DNA of 55,728 nucleotides, filler included, from Bipalium vagum (taxonomy: Eukaryota), in the NCBI GenBank assembly GCA_037834085.1. It is 3 parts of 3 records of this genome, joined end to end, with 100 filler letters (N's around TTAATTAATTAA, not from the genome) between each part and the next. Parts side by side here need not be neighbours in the genome. Positions count along the whole stretch, not along the records: positions 1 to 20,523 come from JBBMKC010251232.1; 2 more parts are not named here. One strand, given 5' to 3'. A program made the position numbers and the translations under genes. Shown in pieces: positions 1 to 10,137 of this stretch. Numbering within the stretch: the first letter of the stretch is position 1; each line of letters starts with the position of its first letter. The notes under the pieces are model-generated. The model saw only the letters and a program-made list of their open reading frames with translations. It was not told the origin of the DNA and ran no database searches.

Positions 1-99
1 AAGTTTTATTGAATGAACCTTTAAATATGCTTTGAACTATCTAATCAATGAAAGATTTACATTTATATAATAAAAAAGCTATACTTGTTTTTCTTCTTT

Positions 100-132
100 C
101 ATTTTATTTCCGAAAATATCGCAAGCACCCTG
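100..132. mobile_element. Right terminus of a Tc1/mariner-type element truncated by the window start
   Basis: Ends ...GCAAGCACCCTG|TA, the reverse complement of TA-CAGGGTG, a common ITm terminal motif. No partner TIR in view. Confidence 0.35.
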
Positions 133-167
133 TATATTAATTATATATATTAATAATTAAATTTTAT

Positions 168-642
168 ATGAGCAACAATTCATAAGATAAAATTTATTAA
201 AACAGTGGCATAAGGAAAAATAAAAAATTATGAACTTTTTAATTTGCCAATTCAAATATTTTATTATTGTTTAACTGATCTTAGGATTTTAACAAAAGGT
301 TGTTTAATTTATAGAGATTTATTTTAAAATATAAACATATTAGAAGAAAAAAACTAAATATGAATCCTTTTCAATATATGACAATTGCAAACATTTGTAC
401 ACAAATATTTATGTCTTTGATAAATAATGAAGAAATTGGTATTTCGAGATTAAATGATTTTGAAGATATTTATTCTTATGTGTAAACGTTGATTGAAATA
501 TTTAAGTAAAAAATTTAATCAAAATATTTACCATACAAAAAGAGGAAGAGGAAAATTAATTAATGTAAAGAAGAAACATTATAAATATGATGGTTTTTAT
601 TACGATGAACAAAATAAACCTTATTATGAATTTAATTGTTGA
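168..642 (+). pseudogene. Polinton/Maverick protein-primed DNA polymerase B remnant, part 1 (Exo III and following inserted domain)
   Basis: Hand translation across stops and frameshifts: FYYCLTDLRILTKGCLIYRDLF (YCxxDV Exo III); MNPFQYMTIANICTQIF...IGI (DPFxYxTIAS motif); *LKYL...IYHTKRGRG...YKYDGF...YEFNC. The motifs are in the order typical of Polinton pPolB. Confidence 0.8.
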
Positions 643-699
643 AAAAAGGACTAACATTATAAAATATTTTACAAATTTAAAATTAGCTTATCAAGTAAG

Positions 700-1760
700 A
701 ATTGTGCTCCGAGCATCAATCGTGTGTTAGGAAGGCTTTTTGGTTTTATGATATGATCAATTCAAGAAACATTTTTTTAAGGATAGCAGTAAAAGCCTAC
801 AGCTGATATCAAAGATAGCGATTTTTACACTGATCTGGGATTAGCTTATGTAGAAGAATAAGATTAAATATTTTTAGGATGTAATCATGATTTGGATCAA
901 TAGTTTTCTAGTGGTTAAAAGATCAGATCAAGGGGAAGAGGGTTTTGATTTTTTTTAATGCTATCTGTAATTCAATCATGGAGAATTGAAGAGAAGTCAT
1001 AGAGTCCTCAGAATAAGGGAGGTTATTCAGTTTCGTGAGATAAGATTTATTAATTGGTTTTGGGGCGGTTTTAGAGAAGAAAGTAATATCATTATCGAGA
1101 TTTGAGAAGAATGTTGGAGAGCTCGAAGGTAGAAGAAATCTGTAGGTATCTTTGCTTATAGTTATTTCTAAGCCTAAATATTGAGTCATTTTTATTATTA
1201 AGGCACTCTTATGGTTTGTTGATTTTGACCTTAAATATATCGGGATTAAATTATTAATTCATAACATTTAATAGTTCAGTAATATTTGAATTTTCATAAT
1301 TAATTAGGTTAAATATTTCAGTTAAGAGCGGATGCATTAATTTGGAGTTAAGTTTGGAATTTTTATCATTATTATAATTATTTTTATTATTATTAATTTT
1401 TAAGTTAATTATATTATTTAATATTATTAATTTCCGTTTCATATTTGGCATGATAGGAGCCGTATAATATCGATTTCCAACAGACTAATCAATTGCATAT
1501 CAGTACTTAAACAGTACATAGTGTGTATTCGTATTTGGGAGATTTTCAATAAAATAAGAGAGAAGAAAAAATTTGTCAGCGGAATAAGATAGTGAGATGA
1601 TTATTCTATTTAATAGGTCATGACAAGAAGTTTGAATAGGGTTAAATCTGGAGAAGAGGAATCTAAAAGGAATGATTGGCTTCTCTCTTTATCGGCAATA
1701 TAAAGAATCCAATGCTGGTCATTCCAGTGAATTGGCCATAAAATAACGTAAAATATTATA
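700..1760 (-). mobile_element. R2/NeSL-type non-LTR retrotransposon fragment (Ulp1-like protease motif upstream of N-terminal RT)
   Basis: Minus strand: VILWPIHWNDQHWILYIADKERSQSFLLDS (~1650-1750); FSMIELQIALKKIK..SSP*SDLL..ILKIFNLILLHKLIPDQCK (~825-1000); NQKAFLTHD*CSEHN (~700-745), matching the QKxFxxxDGCxEH RT motif of RLE-class elements. Confidence 0.75.
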
Positions 1761-2029
1761 TTCCGGTTGTCTTCCTTCTACAAAGTAAACCACCAATAAA
1801 TGATGAGTAAAAGTTCTACCAAATCAGACAATATTGAACACACCTACTCACAAACAGACACAGGTACAATCTTGATTTGCCAACAAATATCCAATCAAAT
1901 GATCCGTCCTCCAATTACTCACCCCCAAACAAACCGACACTTATCAACGCAAGACATAAAACTCGTCTCACGATCCAAAACGGATTTGTCCTGCTGCTGG
2001 ACCACACACAAAACTCACCAAAAAATAAA

Positions 2030-2350
2030 TTGAAACCACATGATTGTAAATGTAATCCTAAATATTGTAAAAATGATAATAATTGTAATACTAAAATTGA
2101 ATTTGTAACAGAAAATATACGTTACAATTTAGAAATTGATAAAGTTATATTTAATGCTGGTTTAAGATATATTACAAAAATTTTTTTAATAGTTATGGGG
2201 ACATTTTGGAATGAGAGATAATTTTGAAAATTTTTCATATGTTTATAATTATAATGTAATTTGTAAAATAATATTTAATGAAAAATATGACGAACGAAAT
2301 TGAATTAAATTTTGTTGAATTATTAATAGAATATGATGTTATGAAAACCA
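2030..2350 (+). pseudogene. Polinton/Maverick pPolB remnant, part 2 (polymerase motif B)
   Basis: LEIDKVIFNAGLRYITKIFL, then after small frameshifts NS-LWGHFGMRDNF. This matches NPGLRxxAKLxLNSLWGKFG and is on the same strand as, and downstream of, part 1. Confidence 0.8.
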
Positions 2351-2660
2351 TTTATTGGTTTCTAAGAAACATGATGTAAATACAAGAACAATAACAAAAT
2401 ATTTAAGTGAAATGATATTGAATATAATAAAAAATATCATTCATGAAAAGGAAAGATATATAACTGATAAATTTTTTCTTAATAATTTTAAAAGTGAATG
2501 TTTTTTAAATGAAGAAATATATTTAAATCAAGAAAATTGTAAAATATTTTTAATAAAAAAAGTTTTACACTTATGAAAAAAATTTTTAAAATTTTTAAAC
2601 ACCATTTTCTTAAAAATAAATCAGAAAAAATGAACTAAAATCTATTTTCGATTTAAACAC

Positions 2661-2990
2661 TCAATCCCTTTTTACTTCTTGTTCCAATATTAAACATTTT
2701 TCTCCTTTTAATTTTATTTCCATAAATTGTTCTTGTATCAAATCAACATTTATTTCTCCTTTAAAATCTTTATCTCTTAAAATATGTAAAGTTAAAACTG
2801 CTCCATTTAAACAAATTTTCTGGTTGATCAAAACAAAAAAAGAATATAAATTTTGAAAATCTAACAAACTTAATATAAACTTTAAATAATTTGAATATGT
2901 TCTGTTATTTTTTCTTTTTTCAAATTGAATTTGATTAAAAGGATAATAAGAATTATTAACTTGAACTCTTAAAGATTCAAATTTTTCTTG
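2661..2990 (-). pseudogene. Probable Polinton/adintovirus major capsid protein, C-terminal remnant
   Basis: ORF 2661-3023 contains SLRVQVNNSYYPFNQIQF..NRTYSNYLKF..DFQNLYSFFVLI. It resembles the LNSxxYP..Y..Y..F..F...LFVID pattern of double-jelly-roll hexon C-termini and lies next to pPolB. Confidence 0.5.
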
Positions 2991-3570
2991 AAGAAAAGGC
3001 AAAGGAGCCAGAAAGAAGTTCATTAAGAATGCCCAGTCTTCCAGTACTGCTACCGACGGACATCGATGCTAGATCCAGTCGACAAGGAACCACGGCAGTG
3101 AAAACCAGAGAACACTGGAGTTGAAATGCAAGTAGCACGGATAACAATACAGAGGAGGACAAACCTAGAAGAAAGGTTCATGGTGAAAGAGTCCCAGTGA
3201 TGATACGAAAACGGACATCACGATTAGCCTCAATAAAATGACCAAGGGAGCCTGAAGCACCAGTAAAAGTGAGGGAGACTGAAGTAAGGAAAAACCTCAC
3301 AATACACCTAGAAGAACGTATCAAGACACTGGTGGATAAGGATATCGAGGATAACATCGAAAATATCACAACTCAGGCGAAAAGAAGATTACTAAATGAA
3401 GAAAAACAAAAGACAGCAGCAGAACCAAATTGGGACGAAGACCTTGGATATCGGGATGAAATATCATTAATGGAGGAAGAAGATGTCCCTAGCACTGGTG
3501 CAGCCAGATCAAGTTCAGCTGCAGGACAAAATAGAAAGAGTCAAAAATATAGAGATCTTTAGATCACCAG
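2990..3570 (+). mobile_element. GC-richer retroelement-like ORF end (hydrophilic, ~190 codons, two in-frame TGA)
   Basis: One frame runs EEKAKEPERSS...QKYRDL* to 3562 with two TGA stops. Composition changes abruptly from the flanks, and part of it is duplicated at 6915-7121. Family not identified. Confidence 0.45.
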
Positions 3571-3639
3571 TAGCGTGAATTCATAATATTATAATTTTCA
3601 ATTTTTAGAAATTTATTTTATTTTTAGTAATAAATAAAT

Positions 3640-4035
3640 AGATAAAGTACGTCATGATTGACAGCTTAACTGGCCAATTAGAGAAGTTAAAATGAACTGT
3701 AAAATTGTATATAAGCCGGGGAAAATTCATTATTTTTCGCCCAGAAAATTGCCATATAAAAGGTATGTTTTATTTTGGTAATTTTACCTTGCTGACCAGG
3801 GTTTTCCCTGGCACAGATTTTGAATTAATGATTGTTGATTGTGGACTGCCTGAGCAGTTTGGTGTTTGTGTTGAGACTTCCTGTGCAGTTTTGTGTTTTA
3901 GTTTGGCTGCCGAATGTTGCAGCTTGTTGTTGTAATTAAAAGGGTTTTACCATCATTTTATTAATATATTTTTTGAATAGTTGCTTTTGTGTTTCATTTA
4001 CGAGCTATTTAGACAGGCCCACAGCAACCTCGGCG
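3640..4035 (+). mobile_element. LTR-like segment
   Basis: TATA-like TGTATATAAG (~3706), a T/G-rich tract, and a 3' CGAGC...ACA motif like the LTR-type repeats at 14.3, 16.0 and 41.3 kb. Confidence 0.3.
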
Positions 4036-4069
4036 TAGGTCAGGTGTGCTTAATAAGAGTTGCGCCAAT

Positions 4070-4350
4070 CAATTCTCAATATTTTTATTAAATTAGGATG
4101 CTGATTAAAATTCAATTCACTTTCATAACATAATTTTCCATTATTCATTTCCCATCTCTTTTAGTTATTAAAAAAGAATTTTATTTATAATTAATATGTT
4201 AATTACAATTTTTAGACTTATTCGTGATGTTAACTGTTGTTCAAATACATTTAAAGTTGTGGAAGTTGAAATATCAATTGCATTCTCATTAAATAGATTT
4301 TATCAAAAATTGGTTTATTAAAACTTGATAAATCTTCAATTTTTTTCCAC
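4070..4350 (-). pseudogene. Possible N-terminal remnant of the same major capsid gene
   Basis: KIEDLSSFNKPIFD..ENAIDISTSTTLNVFEQ, then NGKLCYESEL. It resembles the hexon N-terminal PxFDxSI...LN pattern and lies upstream of 2661-2990 on the same strand. Confidence 0.3.
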
Positions 4351-4789
4351 TGATTTAATTGGTTAGTTTCAAATTAATATTTTATCACAATAAGATTTTT
4401 TAAGATGTTTATTATTTTTTAAGAATTTCGATTCTTATCCATTTTATTTTTTATAAAAATTTAAATTTATAGTATTCTATTTCTAAATAATCATAAATAT
4501 ATTGAAGTGAATTTATCTCTTTATTTTTTAAAATAGAATAATTTTTAATTACAAAATTTTATTTACTTCAAAATATTTATAATATAAATCACTCATTATT
4601 TAGAAAATACATTTTTTGCATAACTATTTTCGGTTACTCAATTCCTTCGTTAGTTTAAATTATATCCTCTAAAGGTTTCATTTCAAAAATGTAACATTTA
4701 TTATTAATTGAAATTTCTATTGACTCAAAATTTCTCTGTAAAATATTTTTTTAGAAGTAATATTTCTACTTTTTGTTCCAGAAATAAAT

Positions 4790-4920
4790 ACATTTAATAT
4801 TGTAAAAATCGCAGTATCAACAGGAATATAAAATACTAATCCTACACCTAAAGTTGATACTGCTGTTAAAATTCCAGTTCCGATTCCAATTATGCATTAC
4901 TACCAATTTTTAAATGAAAA
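4790..4920 (-). pseudogene. Glycine-rich hydrophobic ORF remnant, possibly a Polinton accessory membrane protein
   Basis: IGIGTGILTAVSTLGVGLVFYIPVDTAIF inside AT-rich decayed coding-like DNA. Confidence 0.3.
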
Positions 4921-5248
4921 TCTATTTTTGTATATTTTAATCTAAATTTTGTAATGGGATAACACATTTTCTAAAACTTTTTCAATTATAAAATTTTTAA
5001 TTTTTGCTAGTTGATCAATTAAAGGATTAGAAAATCGTTCTTTATCTTCTTAAATAATATTATTATCTTTTATAAACGGATGAATATGAGCAGTTGGTTT
5101 TTTTTCATCATAGTATTCTTTTCTGAAATATAATAAATATATGAATTCGATTATCGTAAAAACAATAAATCAGTTCCATTGTATTTTATTTATTTATCCA
5201 ACTTTTTCCATCAACTTGAAATACATATCTATATTTATGAAACCACCA

Positions 5249-5313
5249 AAAATTATAATAATGATTTTTTGTACCAAAATTATAATAATGATTTTTTGTA
5301 CCAAAATTATAAT
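5249..5313. repeat. 27-bp tandem repeat, ~2.4 copies
   Basis: AAAATTATAATAATGATTTTTTGTACC twice, plus AAAATTATAAT. Confidence 0.9.
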
Positions 5314-5551
5314 TCTTTCATTTTCATATATAAGTTTATCTGCAACAATTTTTATTGAAAATTGATTTTCAAGTGAAAAATCTTTCTTAACCAAGTTAAG
5401 TATCTATCAATATCAACTTTAATATTTATTTTTTCGAATATTATAAGTTCAGAAATTATTGATTTCCAACCTGATTGCCATTTGAATTGTTTAATTTTTC
5501 CATAATATTTTTAATCATCTAAAGCAAAAAAATGTTTTAATTTTATCCTAA

Positions 5552-6020
5552 TGTAATGGTCTATGTCGCTTAGCTAAATTATTACAAGGGGCTTATATGT
5601 AGGCTTACCAACTCTCTCGAAGGAAGTGTAAATAATAAAAGATTCACGAATAAACAAAGTGATTAACAAAATAAGGTATATTTTTTATCACAAATGCAAG
5701 ATTAGAAATATAATTCACAATAAATATTCAAAAAAATAAAAATAATTATTTAATTAACAAAATACCTTCTTGACTTTATGAAAGCGAAAGAAGTCCTTTT
5801 ATCAAAAATGCGTATTCTGTCGCCTAGAGCAAAGCAGAATCGAATTACCAAGAGAACAGTAAAAAAAAATAAAAGAAAATATTAAAAAGTTATTGATGAG
5901 AAGAATTTACTTCTATGACTAAATAAACATTAATTAATTAATTGTTTTATTTAACACTAGCGGTTAAACACTTGAAATTAACACAAATTTCTTACCTAAT
6001 ATTAACACGGGGTCTTACTA
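5552..6020 (-). mobile_element. Possible decayed solo LTR
   Basis: Bounded by TGTAATGG and GGGGTCTTAC(T)A (reverse complement close to TGTAAGACCCC). No TSD found. Confidence 0.25.
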
Positions 6021-6914
6021 GTTTTTTTGAATAGATATAAAATTCCATTCTAAGTTTTTAAGGGCATTTTGAATGTGAAAACCAAGAGTTTATATACTCC
6101 TGTTTTCCACATTCATTTTTTTTCATTCGCTTTTTTCTAACTTACTAATAATAAATTCATGTGTGAGCGGTCTCTATTTTAGGTAAGTGTTTCTTCCTAA
6201 TAATGGAATTATGCATATGTGGTTAATATTTTAAGTAATTTCTTATATTATAGAAAGTTGCTTTGTTTCATAAATTTTGATAATAATAATTATAATTCAC
6301 GTGGGTTATAGTTTTAATTAATATTTTAACCAAACATTTTACATATATATTTTATTTTCCTTTATTATATTTTAAAATGATTGTTATTTATTTATTTAAT
6401 AAGTAGTTTAATTATTTAAATACTATTTTCACAAAAAATATAAATTCACATTCATTTTTGTGAATTATCATTTAAATAAAGAAAGTAAGCTTTAAAAAGC
6501 CTTTTCATGAACGTTAAATCAATTAAATTTAAAATTAAATGCAAATTCAAATGTTTCTGATGGTTATAATCAATTTCGCAGAGCTGCCCTCACTCTCCAT
6601 CGGCATCTAAAGTTTCTTCAAGTCATAGGCGATTTCTGGAAACTTGGAGGTTTGTGTTGGTTCAGTCTGGTTTTTTTTTACCAGTTTTACTGTAGATCCC
6701 AAAACTACTATTATTTTTATATTTTTCTACTTGTGATTTTTTTATTATTTTTATAATACCATCATTTACAGCATATTTAAATCTTTAAATTTAGTTTTTT
6801 GATTTTTGAGATAATCAATAAAAAATAATGTTTAAAATGTTCATATTTTTTCTCTAAATTTTTTTCTATTTCTTTTAAATTTTAATCTTTTTTAGGTTTA
6901 ATCAGTTAGTTTTT

Positions 6915-7121
6915 CTGGTGATCTAAAGATCTCTATATTTTTGACTCTTTCTATTTTGTCCTGCAGCTGAACTTGATCTGGCTGCACCAGTGCTAGGGAC
7001 ATCTTCTTCCTCCATTAATGATATTTCATCCCGATATCCAAGGTCTTCGTCCCAATTTGGTTCTGCTGCTGTCTTTTGTTTTTTTTCATGTAGCAATCTT
7101 CTTTTCACCTGAGTTGTGATA
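6915..7121 (-). repeat. 207-bp inverted copy of 3364-3570
   Basis: Direct comparison shows 4 substitutions, all near one end. The ORFs 3269-3562 and 6923-7108 share their C-terminal peptide. Confidence 0.95.
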
Positions 7122-8329
7122 CATTTCTTTTACAATTTTTATATTTTTGATGTATATTTTCTTCAAATGATTTTAATTGATCTTGAATATTAAATAAGAG
7201 AATTTTTTTTCTAATTACCATTTTGTTTATACTAATTTCATTTAATAATTTTTTTAAAAATTGTTTTAGCTATTTTTAAATTTACTAAATCATTGTCATT
7301 TACTGAATATTTAATTTAGAATTATTATATATATTTATAATTGCTTTCATTGCATCACAAGTAATATTTAAAAATTTTTTTTATGATTCATTTCTAATAA
7401 AATTTATTTCTTCTTTTACTTTATTGTTATTATCTGAATTATAAAGAAAAAAATAGATAAGCATATTCATTACTTATTTTTTAATTCAAAATTTAAGTTT
7501 TAATTTTTATAAAATACTTACTCATATATTTTAAAACAAACACGCATCTGTAAGCAATATTAAAACAAAATTAAACGAATTTCATTTAAACAACTTTACT
7601 CTTTTTATGTATATCTAAACAGAAAATAATTATTTGTTAAATTGACAAAGACATCTTAATATAATAATAATTCTAATTTGAATGTCATTAAATAATTTAG
7701 GAATTTCTTTTAAGAAATATTTTGGAAGTTAACAATAAGTATAGAAAATTTTAAAGACTGTTGACAATAGCAATTACCCATCTACTACACTTTTGCTCTC
7801 AGTTGGTATTGGAAAGAAATCAGTGATCTGTTTTCTTTTATTTCAGTACTTTTAAGTAAGATTTCTTTTATAGATACATACAAATTTTACAAAAACGATT
7901 GAACTGTAGTTTATCTGTCAAAAAATCTATTTTAATCTTGAAGGTCTTTATTAATGTAATGTCAAGTGTGATTTAAAATTGTTTTTGTAAATATGGATTT
8001 TTTATATTAATACTGATTTTTATTAAAGAAGTATGTACTCATGTCACAAAAAATCATATAGATAAGTTCGACTATTAATATTATATTCCTCAGTGAATCA
8101 GATAAATCCCTCCAAGGAAGTAAATTAAAACATATTATATATATAAATAATAATATAAATAAATAAATTAAATAATATATCTATATATATAATTAAAATA
8201 AATTAAGTAATTTTAATTTCTTAAATGCTAAATATATTTAATTAAAATTAATCAGATTTATTATATCTTAAAATAAAATGAGAATTATTTTTAAATTTTA
8301 GAAATAAATTTGTACTGTTCAAGATATTG

Positions 8330-8457
8330 TGACGTGAGCCAATGAAAATCGAACAAAATAAAAACATAATCAGTAAAGCGCTACTTTAGATATTTTTAAT
8401 TCAATTAAATGAATTTTTAGTAATATGTACATTAATTCTCTTAAGATCATATATAAA
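8330..8457 (+). promoter_or_regulatory. Candidate CYP core promoter: TGACGTGA, CCAAT and TATA box
   Basis: TGACGTGA 8330-8337, CCAAT 8339-8343, TATATAAA 8450-8457, about 80 nt before the ATG. Confidence 0.4.
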
Positions 8458-8536
8458 CGTTTACAATTTCGATATTTTATCAAAATTAACTGAATTTTTT
8501 AAAAATATTTCACTAGAAAATATTCTTTGATATCAA

Positions 8537-10063
8537 ATGATTATTTTCCTTATTTTTTTGTTCTTTTTATCATTTATTTTGATATGTTATCGAGCTTATA
8601 AAGTAAAGCCTATTGTTCACGAAGGTTTGAAAGAACTACCTGTAGAGAAAGGATTTCCAATCCTGGGTATTTTACCTCAGATAGAAAGTCCTCTACATAA
8701 TTATCTGTTGAAACTTAGCAAAAAACACGGGCCAATTTATAGAATCAAAATAGGGTTTAGAGATGTTGTAGTTCTGAACAATTTTGATGTTCTTAAGAAA
8801 TCTTTAAAAGAAAATGGAACCAGTTATTCGGGAAGAATAAAGTTTCACTGGGTTGCAAAAGTTTCACGAGATTCAGGCGTTATATTTACTGATGGAGATA
8901 ACTGGGTTAAGCAAAGATCCTTTATTTTGTCTGCTCTTCGTGTGTTTGGACTAGGAAAACCTGAATCTTTAGAAATTGTGCAGAGTGAATGTCTTTTTTT
9001 AGTTGATGAACTTACAAAGCTAAATGGAAAATGTGTTGACCTATCTCACCTGATTCCCATTTATACAGCAAATATAATTTCCAAATTTATAATGAATAAA
9101 AGATTTTCTAGAGAAGATCCTAATTTTCTCTTTATTTTAAAATTGGTAATGAAAATTGGAAGAGGTAAAGATTTCGTTTCACTTTTTCAAATAATGTTTC
9201 CTTTTTTTGATTATTCTAAGATAATTGATAATATTATTATGGCATTAACTTCTCGATGGAAAATGTTTGAGGAGGCTCATTCTTTCTTTCAAAAAGAAAT
9301 TGAAGAACACAAAGATAGACTAGATCTTAGGTCAGAGCCAGAGGATCTAATAGACAGTTTTTTACTGAAACAAAAGGAGAATAAAGAGAAAATTGGAGAC
9401 AATGATTACTTTTGCGATTTTCAGTTGATTAGAAATTCTTTGGAATTATTTATCGCAGGTTATGAAACTACTTCAACAACTCTTGTTTGGAGTTTCTTCT
9501 TCATGTGTAAATTTCCAGATATTCAAGAAAAGATTTATCAGGAAATCATTGATGTAATTGGATCTGAGAGAATGCCTACAATGAACGATAAGAAATCACT
9601 TAACTATACCCAAGCAGTGATGGATGAAATAATGAGGCTATCATCTGTGATTCCTATAGCTTTTAAACACAGGACATTAACAAATTCTGTTATTAATGGA
9701 TATTTCATACCAAAAAATTCTTTTATTTTTCCAAACTTATATGGGTCTCATTTTGATCCAGATACTTGGGATAGTCCGATGAAGTTTATACCAGAAAGAT
9801 TTATATCTGTTGATAGCAATGGAAAAATAAAATATAGTCCTCGAGAAGATCTGATTCCTTTTTCAATTGGAAAGAGACAATGTATAGGAGAAGTAATGGC
9901 CAGAATTGAATATTTCATATTTTTTATAACCATATTGCAAAGATTTAAGGTTCACTCTTCAGAGGAAATTAGTCAAAAGAAATATGAAGAGGTTCTTCTT
10001 GGAAATGATGGATTTGTTAGATTTTGTAAGGTAAAGGATTTTACCTTCTCCGCTCGACTATAA
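8537..10063 (+). CDS. Cytochrome P450, CYP2 clan, microsomal, intronless CDS (508 aa)
   Basis: N-terminal TM anchor; LPVEKGFPILG hinge; C-helix WVKQR; DLIDSFL; I-helix LFIAGYETT; K-helix EIMR; PERF; heme loop FSIGKRQCIG. Full P450 length with no interruptions. Confidence 0.97.
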   Translation: MIIFLIFLFFLSFILICYRAYKVKPIVHEGLKELPVEKGFPILGILPQIESPLHNYLLKLSKKHGPIYRIKIGFRDVVVLNNFDVLKKSLKENGTSYSGRIKFHWVAKVSRDSGVIFTDGDNWVKQRSFILSALRVFGLGKPESLEIVQSECLFLVDELTKLNGKCVDLSHLIPIYTANIISKFIMNKRFSREDPNFLFILKLVMKIGRGKDFVSLFQIMFPFFDYSKIIDNIIMALTSRWKMFEEAHSFFQKEIEEHKDRLDLRSEPEDLIDSFLLKQKENKEKIGDNDYFCDFQLIRNSLELFIAGYETTSTTLVWSFFFMCKFPDIQEKIYQEIIDVIGSERMPTMNDKKSLNYTQAVMDEIMRLSSVIPIAFKHRTLTNSVINGYFIPKNSFIFPNLYGSHFDPDTWDSPMKFIPERFISVDSNGKIKYSPREDLIPFSIGKRQCIGEVMARIEYFIFFITILQRFKVHSSEEISQKKYEEVLLGNDGFVRFCKVKDFTFSARL

Positions 10064-10131
10064 GGAAATGAAAATATTGCTTAAAACTATTTTTGACTGC
10101 TGTTATATATTATTGTACTGTGTTTGAAATT

Positions 10132-10137
10132 AATAAA
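10132..10137 (+). promoter_or_regulatory. Candidate polyadenylation signal of the CYP
   Basis: AATAAA 68 nt after the stop, followed by GT-rich TGTTGTTTGTTT. Confidence 0.45.

Noticed and set aside
2990-3270. TGA read-through or alternative genetic code in TE ORFs
   Set aside because: The same region has frameshifts and TAA/TAG stops. CGA/TGG to TGA decay explains it, and the CYP reads in the standard code.
4030-4068. Primer-binding sites (GGCGTAGGTCAGG on +, TGGCGCAAC on -)
   Set aside because: Short, imperfect tRNA complementarity and no clear adjacent LTR end.
5249-5313. CRISPR-like repeat
   Set aside because: It is a spacer-less tandem duplication in eukaryotic DNA with no cas genes.
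3364-7121. The 207-bp inverted pair as TIRs of a 3.8-kb composite transposon or of the Polinton
   Set aside because: The left copy continues seamlessly into its ORF upstream, there is no TSD, and the repeats are far younger than the enclosed DNA.
9748-9933. Antisense 61-aa ORF in the CYP, and most other 60-120 aa ORFs in the track
   Set aside because: These are shadows of real or decayed coding frames, or low-complexity AT-rich chance ORFs with no motifs.
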